Assembly: GCA_039738415.1 (NCBI GenBank)
Contig: JBCLLY010000003.1
Location: 17,084-81,083, forward strand
Source: Candidatus Levyibacteriota bacterium
GTDB lineage: Bacteria; Patescibacteriota; Microgenomatia; Levybacterales; GWA1-39-11
Length of the DNA stretch: 64,000 nt
Direction: 5' to 3'
This document shows, piece by piece, positions 19,420 through 28,712 of the stretch. Numbering within the stretch: position 1 is the first letter of the stretch; each line of letters opens with the position of its first letter. The notes beneath the pieces were generated by a model. It had not been told where the DNA came from. It was given only the letters and a program-made list of their open reading frames with translations, and did not search any database. Made by a program: the position numbers and the translations under genes.

Positions 19420-19965
19420 TTAATTATTTGAAAAATCTTTTTTTAGGTCATTTCTGTAGTCTTTTAGTAATTTTTTTATCTTCGGATCTATAACTACTGT
19501 GCAATAAGAATAATCTTTATTTTTTTCATAAAAATTCTGGTGATAGTTCTCAGCCTTATAAAAATATGAAAAAGGCTCAATCATTGTAACGGCGTCTTTT
19601 TGGTAAGGACTATTTTTATTGTATTCCTTTTTTATTTTCTCAGCGGTTTCTTTTTGTTTTGAGTTATGATAAAAAATTGCTGATCTGTATTGTGTTCCGA
19701 TATCTGGGCCCTGTTGATTTAGCGTTGTAGGGTTATGTGTGTAGAAAAATATTTGTACAAGTTTTTCATAAGAAATTATATTTGGGTCAAATATAATCTG
19801 AATTGTTTCAGCGTGATTTGTATTTCCCATAGAGATTTGATCATATGATGGATTAACGATATTGCCTCCAGTATAACCAGATTTTACATCAATAATTCCT
19901 TTAAGCCTTTTAAAAATTGCTTCAGTACACCAGAAACATCCGCCTGCCAATGTAGCCTTTTCCAT
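19420..19965 (-). CDS. msrA: Peptide methionine sulfoxide reductase A
   Basis: N-terminal ATLAGGCFWCTEAIF catalytic motif. Confidence 0.95.
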   Translation of the reverse strand: MEKATLAGGCFWCTEAIFKRLKGIIDVKSGYTGGNIVNPSYDQISMGNTNHAETIQIIFDPNIISYEKLVQIFFYTHNPTTLNQQGPDIGTQYRSAIFYHNSKQKETAEKIKKEYNKNSPYQKDAVTMIEPFSYFYKAENYHQNFYEKNKDYSYCTVVIDPKIKKLLKDYRNDLKKDFSNN

Positions 19966-20032
19966 TAGCTTAATTATATCAGTTCAGGATAGTGAAATTT
20001 GTAATTTATGTGATTACTTATATAATATCTTT

Positions 20033-21082
20033 ATGAAAAAGAGGATTATAATTTCGGCTGCTGTTCCAATATTTATATTTATTAGTTTAGTTGTCTATAT
20101 GTTATTAAGTCCTGATAAAAATGGAATTATCAACCCGTTAGTAAGGCAGGTCGAGGAAAGAGTTTTTCCACTAAATAAATATTCATTTGATAATTTATCC
20201 AAAGTGAAATTTGTGGGGAACAGTATTGAAATTGGAGAGAAAATTGAAGATGAAAGTTATGATTTTGATTTATATAAATTTTATTTTTATGCACAAGACC
20301 CCCAAGACAGTAAAAATCTAAAGAAAGTAAGCGGGTTATTAACAATTCCTGAAAAAGAGGGGGAGTATCCGGTAATTGTTCAATTCCGTGGCTACGTAGA
20401 CCAGTCAATTTATTCTACTGGAGTTGGAACGATAAGAAGTGCGCAGGAATATGCGACAGCAGGTTTTATCTCCCTCTCTCCGGATTTTTTAGGATATGGA
20501 GAATCTGATAATCCTTCAGAGTTGTCTATAGAGGAACGTTTTCAAACTTACACGACAGCATTGTCTCTTCTTGCGTCATTAAAAAATTTAAATGAAGCGT
20601 TTGTTTCTTCGAAAATTAATACCAGCGCAGATATAGAAAAACTTGGTCTTTGGGGACACAGTAATGGAGGACATATAGCATTATCCGTTTTATCCATAAC
20701 ACAGAAAAATATTCCCACGGTTATTTGGGCACCGGTCACTAAGCCATTTCCATATTCTATTTTATATTTTACGGATGAATTTGAAGATGAAGGAAAAGCA
20801 TTGAGAAAAGTAGTTGCTGATTTTGAAAGAGATTATGATGTCTTTAATTTTTCTCCCAATAGATACTACGGCAGGATAGTTGCACCAATTCAAATTCATC
20901 AGGGAACAGCGGATGATGCAGTTCCGGTTGAATGGTCAAATGAATTTGTAGAGAAATTGGATGAGTTAGAAATTGAGAATGAATACTTTGTTTATCCCGG
21001 TGCAGACCACAACTTGTTAGGAGGTTGGGACACAGCAGTTACAAGAAGTATAGAGTTTTATGGAGAAAAGCTTGAATTATAA
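20033..21082 (+). CDS. Alpha/beta hydrolase (S9/dienelactone-hydrolase-like) with N-terminal anchor
   Basis: Nucleophile elbow GHSNGG; C-terminal D and H (GTADDAV, ADHNL). Confidence 0.75.
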   Translation: MKKRIIISAAVPIFIFISLVVYMLLSPDKNGIINPLVRQVEERVFPLNKYSFDNLSKVKFVGNSIEIGEKIEDESYDFDLYKFYFYAQDPQDSKNLKKVSGLLTIPEKEGEYPVIVQFRGYVDQSIYSTGVGTIRSAQEYATAGFISLSPDFLGYGESDNPSELSIEERFQTYTTALSLLASLKNLNEAFVSSKINTSADIEKLGLWGHSNGGHIALSVLSITQKNIPTVIWAPVTKPFPYSILYFTDEFEDEGKALRKVVADFERDYDVFNFSPNRYYGRIVAPIQIHQGTADDAVPVEWSNEFVEKLDELEIENEYFVYPGADHNLLGGWDTAVTRSIEFYGEKLEL

Positions 21083-21123
21083 ACCTCATTCATGTTATTA
21101 TCAAAACCAAATTTTATATATTA

Positions 21124-21864
21124 ATGACTGAACGTTTCTCTTCTTATACTCCTCCTATTTCCCCAGACTTAAGGAGAAAATATGAAATGGCATTGGATGG
21201 TGAGTTAAGATGGCAAGGCGGATGGCAGTCTTCTGATAAAGAAGAAAGTGATCTTGATCATGTGAAAGCTATTTTTGACATTCACGATGAGATATCTTTT
21301 AGATACCCAGCACTTTTCTCCGAGGTAGATAGTGAGGAAGCACCGCACATGATTTATTTGCACGATGGAGGAGAAATTGGTGGTTTGGATTTATCGCATT
21401 CTGTTCTTAATTATGATGAGATACGTAAAAAAACAAAAAAACGAGAGAGGGCAACTTTTAGACTTTTAACACGAATGTACATAGATGATATTGAATTAAG
21501 GGAATATGCCCGTCAAATTTATAAGAGGTTTGAGAAAAAAAGTCCTGATGATAAAACTGCTAATTATGTACAACTCATAGATAAAGTTCAGGCAACAAGA
21601 TTTGGAGCTGTTTTTGTGTTTCCGGGAAGAAAATTACGAACACATGATGCCCGTAATCAACAAATAAATCATGCCTTTGGACTTTTTGTTGGTCCAGCAA
21701 AGAGGCTTTTACCTTTGTTGGGTCGGGAGGCGCAGGGTGAGTTGATGGAATTTATGGATCAGGAACTTTCAAGATTCAGAAGCAGTGGATACAGAGCTCC
21801 GGAGGTAGATTTTTATCGCAAATTAATGGGAGATGTGCTTCAGCTTGAAACAACGAGTGCATAA
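21124..21864 (+). CDS. Putative HD-domain hydrolase (YfbR-like 5'-deoxynucleotidase fold)
   Basis: RW...ESDLDHV followed by YLHDGGE, resembling the H...HD signature. Weak by-eye call. Confidence 0.4.
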   Translation: MTERFSSYTPPISPDLRRKYEMALDGELRWQGGWQSSDKEESDLDHVKAIFDIHDEISFRYPALFSEVDSEEAPHMIYLHDGGEIGGLDLSHSVLNYDEIRKKTKKRERATFRLLTRMYIDDIELREYARQIYKRFEKKSPDDKTANYVQLIDKVQATRFGAVFVFPGRKLRTHDARNQQINHAFGLFVGPAKRLLPLLGREAQGELMEFMDQELSRFRSSGYRAPEVDFYRKLMGDVLQLETTSA

Positions 21865-22394
21865 TCTTTTTCGCATAGAGATTCATAAAGTTCCGCTCCT
21901 CCTATTACTATTCTTGCATTTTTTCTTTCTTTTCTATTTGTAATAGTTGCATTATTTTTACCGCATATAGCGCATATTGCTGTAAGTTTATAAACTTTAT
22001 CGGAGATAGGGAGTACTTTTTCTGTAGTTTTCCATATCTTATTTCTATAATCTACATTAAGTCCAGCAGCAAATATTTCTATACCATTATTTTTTAACAG
22101 TCTGAGCAATTTGTCTATAGTTGGTTTGAAAAATTGAAGTTCGTCAATTCCTACAGTCTTAACATTAAGGTTATTTTTTACTAATGAAAGAATTTCCTTA
22201 CCTGTTTTTACAGGATAAGCTTTCATTTTTTTATTATCATGCGTTGCGATACTATCAGTTGCGTATCGTGTATCCATAAAGTACCGGAAAACCAGTGTTT
22301 CTTTTTTATTTCGTTTCGATAGCGTATTTATAAGCCAAGTAGTTTTTCCTGAAAACATCGGACCTGTTGCAAAAGATAGTTCTCCTTTTTTCAT
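21840..22394 (-). CDS. tdk: Thymidine kinase
   Basis: GPMFSGKTT P-loop, IDELQFF, C-terminal zinc motif CAICG. Confidence 0.93.
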   Translation of the reverse strand: MKKGELSFATGPMFSGKTTWLINTLSKRNKKETLVFRYFMDTRYATDSIATHDNKKMKAYPVKTGKEILSLVKNNLNVKTVGIDELQFFKPTIDKLLRLLKNNGIEIFAAGLNVDYRNKIWKTTEKVLPISDKVYKLTAICAICGKNNATITNRKERKNARIVIGGAELYESLCEKDYALVVSS

Positions 22395-24163
22395 TAATAT
22401 ATATCAAACTTCTCTAGGAGTTTTTTGTTTCCTTCGATTTGATAATTTAAAAGCTCTGAATAAATGCCCTTCTTTTTAGAAAGTTCGTGTGGTGTTCCAT
22501 AATCTACAACTTTCCCATTATCAATTACTATTATTTTATCTACATTTTGAATTGTTGAAAATCTGTGTGCAATGATAATAACAAGTCTTCCTTTCATTAA
22601 ACTTTCAAGTGCGACTTGTACCTCATTTTCGCTTTTTGCGTCAAGAGATGACGTTGCTTCGTCAAGAATTAGTATTGGTGCATTTTTCAGAACTGCTCGG
22701 GCAATTTGAATTCTTTGTTTCTGTCCGCCAGACAGCCTAGCTCCCCGTTCTCCAATTTCTGAGTCAATACCTTTAGGAAGCTTATTTACAAAATCATATG
22801 CATTCGCCATTTTAAGCGCATCAATAATTTCCTTTTCGCTTGCATTTGCTCTTCCATACTGTACATTCTCTTTAATTGTTGATGAGAACAGTTCGTTCTC
22901 TTGGAAAACTAATGCAATATTATTTCTAATTTCATTGTGATTAAGCGCTGAATATTTTTTATCATTAATAAATATCTCACCAGATGTTGGCGTATAAAGC
23001 TTTAAGATAAGATTTACGATCGTCGACTTACCAGCACCGCTATGACCGACAAGAGCAACCCTTTCTCCCTTATTTGCTTTGAAAGTTACATCTTCGAGGA
23101 CATTATCAGACTCTTCATATTTAAAGGAAACATTTTTAAATTCGATATCCGGGTTTATAATTTTTCTTGTAACTTTAATATCATTAAAATTCTCAGATGA
23201 TTTTAGCTCCATTATTTCAAAATATTCCTTGCTTCCTGCTTCTGCATTTTGTACTTGGGTTAAAATATAAGACATTGCAAATAGGGGAATTCTTGCCTGA
23301 TTAAATAATTGTAGAATAAGAACCATTTCTCCGATTGTTAGATTTCCTACAAATGTGTTATAGAAAACTAAAATATTTATAAGAAACAAGATTACTATAA
23401 GAGATAAGCTCCTTGCAAAATCAAATTTATGAAATGTGGAGCTTTGTTTTGCATAAATATTATTTATTCTTGTTAGGCTTTCTGCTACTGTATTAAATTC
23501 TAATCTTTCACTCGTAAATCCCTTAACGAGCCGTATATTATTTATAACTTCATTAATTCTCCCGCGGGTTGCGTCCTCTATTTTATTTTTCTTAATCTCT
23601 TCCTTGCCCCATTTAACCGTTGAGTAGTATGATAGGGTTAAATAAATCGGAAACAAAATAAAGGTAATAAATGCTATGGGAATATCATAATAGGCAAGAA
23701 TTATAATAGTAAAAATGCTCTGTAGGAAAGTGGGAAGAATAAAATTAGATACGCCATTCAAAAATTGATAAGTTGTAGAAATCCCACGGTTTAACTGATT
23801 AACAATTTTTCCCGATATTTGAGAATCAAAATAACTTTGAGGTAGTGTGAGAACCTTTGCGTAGAATCTTTCAGTTAAAAACTTTCTAAGTCTTCCAGCA
23901 AAATGGTCGCCAAGCCTATTTGATATGGAAGTTATAGCAACTCCAATAAAATTTAAAATAAAAGCAAGGATTAGCAAAAATATTAGCCTCTGCATACTCC
24001 CGTCTTCCCCTTGAACTCTTGCAACTATATCATCAACTATAAACTTTGAAATAATCGGACCTGCAAGCTGAAGTGCTGAGGAAATAAGTATTAAAATTGA
24101 AATAATACTTACAAGTCCATATAGCGGTTTTGAAATTTTAATTATTTTTAAGATATTTTTCAT
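22394..24163 (-). CDS. ABC transporter, fused permease/ATP-binding protein (MsbA-like exporter)
   Basis: Six-TM N-terminal half, Walker A GHSGAGKST, signature LSGGQKQR, Walker B ILILDEATS. Confidence 0.92.
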   Translation of the reverse strand: MKNILKIIKISKPLYGLVSIISILILISSALQLAGPIISKFIVDDIVARVQGEDGSMQRLIFLLILAFILNFIGVAITSISNRLGDHFAGRLRKFLTERFYAKVLTLPQSYFDSQISGKIVNQLNRGISTTYQFLNGVSNFILPTFLQSIFTIIILAYYDIPIAFITFILFPIYLTLSYYSTVKWGKEEIKKNKIEDATRGRINEVINNIRLVKGFTSERLEFNTVAESLTRINNIYAKQSSTFHKFDFARSLSLIVILFLINILVFYNTFVGNLTIGEMVLILQLFNQARIPLFAMSYILTQVQNAEAGSKEYFEIMELKSSENFNDIKVTRKIINPDIEFKNVSFKYEESDNVLEDVTFKANKGERVALVGHSGAGKSTIVNLILKLYTPTSGEIFINDKKYSALNHNEIRNNIALVFQENELFSSTIKENVQYGRANASEKEIIDALKMANAYDFVNKLPKGIDSEIGERGARLSGGQKQRIQIARAVLKNAPILILDEATSSLDAKSENEVQVALESLMKGRLVIIIAHRFSTIQNVDKIIVIDNGKVVDYGTPHELSKKKGIYSELLNYQIEGNKKLLEKFDIY

Positions 24164-24213
24164 AAGAAAAGCATATCAAAAAGAAGGAAATAATACTTAA
24201 AAAGGTGTGTATC

Positions 24214-24762
24214 TTACTCTGCGCCGATTATAATTACAGCACTAGCACTCCCCTCATAATCAGTTGAGGTTTCTCCTATAGTATAGTCATCTTTCAGGTC
24301 ATTTTTTAGTAAATTTAATAAAGTTTTATTGCCGGATGTTACACGAATTACGGTTTCTACGTAATCAAAATTGTCGGCATTTTCAGTGTCGAATATTGTG
24401 TATCCCAAATCTCCAAGTATGTCGGTAAGTCTTCCCGCAGCCCCGGCAGTTCCGCTTCCATTCTGTACCAATATTGAATATTCCGATTTATCTACATCAG
24501 AAGAAGAGTTGCTTGTATCCTCGGGTGGAGTTGTTGGAGTAGGAGACTGCGTGCTGGTGGGTTGGCTTTCTGCAGGAGTTGCAAAGATATCTTCATCCTC
24601 AGGCTCACTATTATTTGAAAAAATAGTTATTCCAACAATAAGTATCAATATAACTATTACAATTCCGCCGATTATTGCAAATAATTTTTTTCTGCTCTTA
24701 CCACCTTTAGAATCATATATATATGATCTTCGTGAGCGTATTTGTTGTTGATTTTCTTCCAT
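24214..24762 (-). CDS. LytR_C domain membrane protein
   Basis: TM anchor, S/T/P-rich linker, then ILVQNGSGTAGAAGRLTDILGDLGY, typical of LytR C-terminal domains. Confidence 0.65.
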   Translation of the reverse strand: MEENQQQIRSRRSYIYDSKGGKSRKKLFAIIGGIVIVILILIVGITIFSNNSEPEDEDIFATPAESQPTSTQSPTPTTPPEDTSNSSSDVDKSEYSILVQNGSGTAGAAGRLTDILGDLGYTIFDTENADNFDYVETVIRVTSGNKTLLNLLKNDLKDDYTIGETSTDYEGSASAVIIIGAE

Positions 24763-24868
24763 AGTGATATGTTATATTTGTAGGAATATAATACCACTTT
24801 TTACAATAAATTCAAGTTAATCTTGATATTTCCCTGTTTGATCTTTATTCAGATAGTATAATAACGGA

Positions 24869-25921
24869 ATGAAAAAACTAATATTCTTATTAATATCTAT
24901 TGGCTTATTTAGCGTTTGGTTTTTTATAAATTCATCAGATAAAGATGAAAAGGTAAAGTACGTCGAAAGAATTGGTAATAGTTTTGTTAGTCAGGATGAG
25001 GAAAATATAATAGTTGTTCCGTATTGGACATTTACAAGTAGTTTAAATATACAAAATTATGACAGTATTATTTATTTTGGTATCACAATTTCGGAAGATG
25101 GAGTTGATACATTGGAGGATGGATATAATAAATTGTCACAATTTTCAGAATTAGTCCCAGATGATAAAAAAACCTATCTTACGCTAAGAATATTGGGAGA
25201 AAATGCTACTGGCGATATACTGGAAAATGCATCTTTTCAAAAAGAAATTGGAACTCAAACTGCAAGCATTGCCAATAGCTATGGCTTTGATGGAATAGTG
25301 GTGGATTTTGAAACGTCTGCATTTGGTTTTAAATCCACTGAGGAAAAAATTACTAATTTGTACAAAAATTTGAATGGCGAAATTAAAAAAGAAAATTTGG
25401 AATTTTTAGTAACGGTATTTGGTGATACTTATTATCGCGCCCGCCCATATAACGTCAGAGAAATCAGCCTTCTTTCAGATAGAGTGATAATTATGGCTTA
25501 CGACTTTCATAAAGCGCGCCTTAATCCGGGTCCAAATTTTCCATTTTCAAATAAAGAAAAATATGGATATGATTTTGTAACTATGATTGATGATTTTAAA
25601 AAGGACGTTGCTCATGAAAAAATAGTAGTTGCGCTGGGATATTTTGGCTATAACTGGAAAATGGATAAGGGAGTAAGTGTAGGGTTGGCGGAACCGTTAA
25701 GTCTGAATCAAGTCGAAGCAAGATTTGTGGATAATTGTGAATACAATAATTGTAAAAAAGAGACCAATAAGGACGGTGAAAGTGTAATTTACTATGAAGA
25801 CAATGAAGGATTTGACCATGAGGTTTGGTTTGAAGACGAAGTTTCATCTATAAAGAAAATTGAATTTTTAAATAGCAAAGGAATTAATCAAATAGCCTCT
25901 TGGGCATACTCGTTTTTCTAG
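24869..25921 (+). CDS. Glycoside hydrolase family 18 (chitinase-like) with signal anchor
   Basis: GH18 catalytic motif FDGIVVDFE (DGxxxDxE). Confidence 0.75.
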   Translation: MKKLIFLLISIGLFSVWFFINSSDKDEKVKYVERIGNSFVSQDEENIIVVPYWTFTSSLNIQNYDSIIYFGITISEDGVDTLEDGYNKLSQFSELVPDDKKTYLTLRILGENATGDILENASFQKEIGTQTASIANSYGFDGIVVDFETSAFGFKSTEEKITNLYKNLNGEIKKENLEFLVTVFGDTYYRARPYNVREISLLSDRVIIMAYDFHKARLNPGPNFPFSNKEKYGYDFVTMIDDFKKDVAHEKIVVALGYFGYNWKMDKGVSVGLAEPLSLNQVEARFVDNCEYNNCKKETNKDGESVIYYEDNEGFDHEVWFEDEVSSIKKIEFLNSKGINQIASWAYSFF

Positions 25922-25922
25922 T

Positions 25923-27134
25923 CTAAAAATTTCCTATTTTAGGAATTACGAAATTATTTTTTTTATTTAATTTCTGTTTATCAAACAAACTTGTTCCAAA
26001 AGTTATTTTTCTGTTGTCAAAAAGTGGGTAGATTTGTTCCGCCTTTTCTTCAAGTTTGGGATTATCAAATAATGATGTTTGTCTTTTGCTGTTACTGGAA
26101 AAGTCATAAATTGTTGCGCCTGTTGTGCGGTATAAGGTGTTATCTTTGTAAATCTTTTCAAAACCTTCATGAAGCTCGTCCCTAATGAGTATTGGAAAAG
26201 AAGTTCTTTCAGATAGTTTTATCTCGACTCCGTGATAAGAAAACTTTTGAGTTTTTAGGAAAATAAATATTCGTCCTACGAAATAATTGTATTTGCGGGC
26301 TTTTAAGAAAACATCTTCAACGTGGCCTAGAACTCTCGCCCACAGTATATTCTTATCATTTGTCGCGGGAACAACTGTATGCGATTTGGTTATAGATTTA
26401 TACTCATCTTTGGGGTTTGGATCTACCTTAAATAAAGATATGCCGTTTAGTTCCTGCCAAATTTCAAAAAAGGGTTTTGAGAAAGATTTTTTTATAAAAT
26501 TTTCAGGGCGAGCGGTAAAATCATAAGCTGTTTTGATATTAAGTGCTCTTAACCGCTTTGTGTTTTGATGTCCAATTCCCCAGACCTTTGAGATATCAAT
26601 TTGTTTTAAAAGAAATTCTGTTTTTTCTTTTGGAATAATAGTTAATCCTGATGGTTTATTTAGATTTGCAGCAATTTTTGCAAGAGATTTGGTTATCGAA
26701 ATTCCGATAGAAACCGTAATTCCTAAAGAGTTCTCAATTTCATCTTTCATATTTTTCCCGATTTGTTCATAAGACATATTTAGAGGTTTTTGTAGTCCTT
26801 TTAGATCCGCAAATCCCTCATCTACGGAATGAATCTCAACGCATGGAGAGTACTCTTTCATTATTGAAAACATTCTGTTTGAAAAAAGGTGATAGAGTTT
26901 GTAGTCAGAGTTTGCGATTATTACACTTGGAAATTGCTTCTTTATTTCCCAGCAGGGCATTCCGCGAATTACCCCCAGCGCTCTTGCCTCATATGATACT
27001 GCTGTAGCAATTCCTCTTTCAAGACCACTTACGACTGGTTTGCCTTTGAGATTAGGATTTACTGCCTGAGTAACTGATGCAAAAAAAGCGTCAGCGTCCA
27101 AGTGTAAAATCGTCTCAGGCCAGGAAGTGGACAT
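25923..27134 (-). CDS. dinB: Y-family DNA polymerase IV
   Basis: ILHLDADAFFASV and SVDEGFADL catalytic motifs. Lies downstream of the lexA-like gene on the same strand. Confidence 0.92.
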   Translation of the reverse strand: MSTSWPETILHLDADAFFASVTQAVNPNLKGKPVVSGLERGIATAVSYEARALGVIRGMPCWEIKKQFPSVIIANSDYKLYHLFSNRMFSIMKEYSPCVEIHSVDEGFADLKGLQKPLNMSYEQIGKNMKDEIENSLGITVSIGISITKSLAKIAANLNKPSGLTIIPKEKTEFLLKQIDISKVWGIGHQNTKRLRALNIKTAYDFTARPENFIKKSFSKPFFEIWQELNGISLFKVDPNPKDEYKSITKSHTVVPATNDKNILWARVLGHVEDVFLKARKYNYFVGRIFIFLKTQKFSYHGVEIKLSERTSFPILIRDELHEGFEKIYKDNTLYRTTGATIYDFSSNSKRQTSLFDNPKLEEKAEQIYPLFDNRKITFGTSLFDKQKLNKKNNFVIPKIGNF

Positions 27135-27210
27135 AATACATTTTTAAAACCTTATGGGCGAGGATGAAGATAGTTATTTTAGTAAGCTTTAATTTGAACA
27201 TATAGGTTAA

Positions 27211-27675
27211 ATTTCTAATTGATCTAATTTCTAATTATTCTAATCAAAAACCAATAAACCAAATACTAACTAATTATTTAACTTTTTTATAAATAGTGTT
27301 GAAAATTAGATTTAACTCTTTTGCTTCTTGCCATAAAATCATTGCTTTATCTTTTAATTCAGGAACTGCGACGATTATCATCCGTAGAAAATGCTTACAT
27401 TCGCGTGATTCTTTTTTGCATATTCCCACTTTATGTCTGAAATCTTGTTTGCTCTCAGCGTCATCCGCTTCACAGTAATTAGCTCCTACACTCGTTCCGC
27501 ATTTAACTAGCTGGTTTATTAAGGGATTGGTTACTATGTCTTTAGGAACTTCTCTGCAAAACTTAATAATATCTTCGCCAAACTTTGCGGTTCTTTCTTC
27601 TAGATCGTATTTGGGATTTTTTTCATTAGTCATTTTTTAGGTCAATTAGATTAATTAGAATAATTAGGTTAATTT
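27211..27675. mobile_element. Four-helix-bundle gene cassette flanked by CTAATT-word arms
   Basis: Left arm 27211-27247 matches 57164-57200 at 34/37 nt. Right arm TTAGGTCAATTAG...GTTAATTTT (27637-27675) matches 57249-57270. The arms are imperfect inverted repeats (CTAATTGAYCTAA). Confidence 0.6.
27274..27633 (-). CDS. Four-helix-bundle protein (23S rRNA intervening-sequence protein family)
   Basis: 119 aa; LEERTAKFGEDIIKFC..., LINQLVKCGTSVGANYCEA..., SKQDFRHKVGICKKESRECKHFLRMI, typical of the family. Confidence 0.88.
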   Translation of the reverse strand: MTNEKNPKYDLEERTAKFGEDIIKFCREVPKDIVTNPLINQLVKCGTSVGANYCEADDAESKQDFRHKVGICKKESRECKHFLRMIIVAVPELKDKAMILWQEAKELNLIFNTIYKKVK

Positions 27676-28236
27676 TTAATATTTTCTCATTACGCTCTTT
27701 ACCAATCCAAATATTTTCAACTCTTGCGTAGGAATAAAGTCAGGGTAGTTAGGGTTTGCGGCACGCAAAATACTTATTCCATTTTTTATATCCAAAAATT
27801 TTAGTGTCCATTCATTGTCAATTAGCGCAAGTACTATATCTCCAGACCGTGCTTGCGTAGTTCTCTCTATAACGACCAAATCTTCCGAGAAGATGCCTGC
27901 TCCTTCCATAGAGTCACCTGATACTTTTAGCAAAAATGAGCTATTTGGCTTGTCTATAAGATATTCATCAAGTGAGAGAAAATTCAACTCTTCCTCAGCC
28001 CCCGTAGGAAATCCCGCTTTTATATTTCCTAAGATAGGAACTTGAAAGAAAAAGTTAGTCGGGGAAAGTTTGTTGTTTAATTTCTGCAAATAATTTTGCT
28101 CAACAAGCTTGCCTATAATCTTGTGAATGGCATTTTTTGAGGAAAGTCCGAAAATCAGAAGCATTTCAGAGTATGAAGGAATGCGTTTGTTCTTTCTGTA
28201 AAACGAACGAAGAGAATCTAGGTATTCGGATTTCAT
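27676..28236 (-). CDS. lexA: LexA-like repressor (wHTH plus S24 peptidase)
   Basis: N-terminal HTH region, Ala-Gly site in GNIKAGFPT, nucleophile GDSMEGAGI, Lys in EWTLKFL. An SOS box sits in its own promoter. Confidence 0.88.
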   Translation of the reverse strand: MKSEYLDSLRSFYRKNKRIPSYSEMLLIFGLSSKNAIHKIIGKLVEQNYLQKLNNKLSPTNFFFQVPILGNIKAGFPTGAEEELNFLSLDEYLIDKPNSSFLLKVSGDSMEGAGIFSEDLVVIERTTQARSGDIVLALIDNEWTLKFLDIKNGISILRAANPNYPDFIPTQELKIFGLVKSVMRKY

Positions 28237-28248
28237 AATGCCATACTT

Positions 28249-28278
28249 ATATTAGGTGAACAATCGTTCACCTGTCAA
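28249..28278 (-). promoter_or_regulatory. lexA promoter with embedded SOS (Cheo-type) box
   Basis: Minus strand reads TTGACA (28273-28278), an 18-nt spacer GGTGAACGATTGTTCACC, then TAATAT (28249-28254). The spacer is a perfect palindrome containing GAAC-N4-GTTC. Confidence 0.8.
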
Positions 28279-28362
28279 CTATGTATTTCTGTATCACCAA
28301 GGACCCTGAGAGAACGAAGTGAGTCGATGGGTCAATATGACAAAATATATCAAGTTTTCAGT

Positions 28363-28391
28363 TTGACAAAAGTATATACATTGTATATACT
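28363..28391 (+). promoter_or_regulatory. relBE promoter with overlapping palindromic operator
   Basis: TTGACA 28363-28368, 17-nt spacer, TATACT 28386-28391. AGTATATAC-ATT-GTATATACT perfect 9-bp inverted repeat at 28371-28391. Confidence 0.7.
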
Positions 28392-28400
28392 TTATTTACT

Positions 28401-28712
28401 ATGAATAGTGCAGTAATAAATGTAAGAATAAAACCAGAAGTTAAGAAAGCAGCCCAGAAAAGAGCTGAGGAGCTTGGATTGAGCTTGAGTGCTGTGATAA
28501 ATGGATTCTTAACTCATATGATAAAAACAAAGACAGTTACCTTTTCAGATTCAGAAGAACCCTCTGAGTTTCTGATAAAAATACTTGAAGAAGCAAGGAG
28601 AGACAGGAAGGAAGGTTGGGTGTCTCCCACTTTCGATAATGTAGAGGATTCTTTGAAGTGGTTGAATGATCCAAAAGCAAAATATGTACGTCAACTACGG
28701 AAGAAGGTTTAA
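28401..28712 (+). CDS. RelB/DinJ family antitoxin
   Basis: INVRIKPEVKKAAQKRAEELGLSLSAVINGFL ribbon-helix-helix N-terminus; overlaps the downstream toxin gene. Confidence 0.85.
   Translation: MNSAVINVRIKPEVKKAAQKRAEELGLSLSAVINGFLTHMIKTKTVTFSDSEEPSEFLIKILEEARRDRKEGWVSPTFDNVEDSLKWLNDPKAKYVRQLRKKV

Noticed and set aside
19364-19432. 22-codon ORF (MDGTVMKKEEMKKFRERTKLII) with two TTGACA-like words upstream.
   Set aside because: It is too short, has no SD and no conservation evidence, and overlaps the msrA 3' end. It is probably chance.
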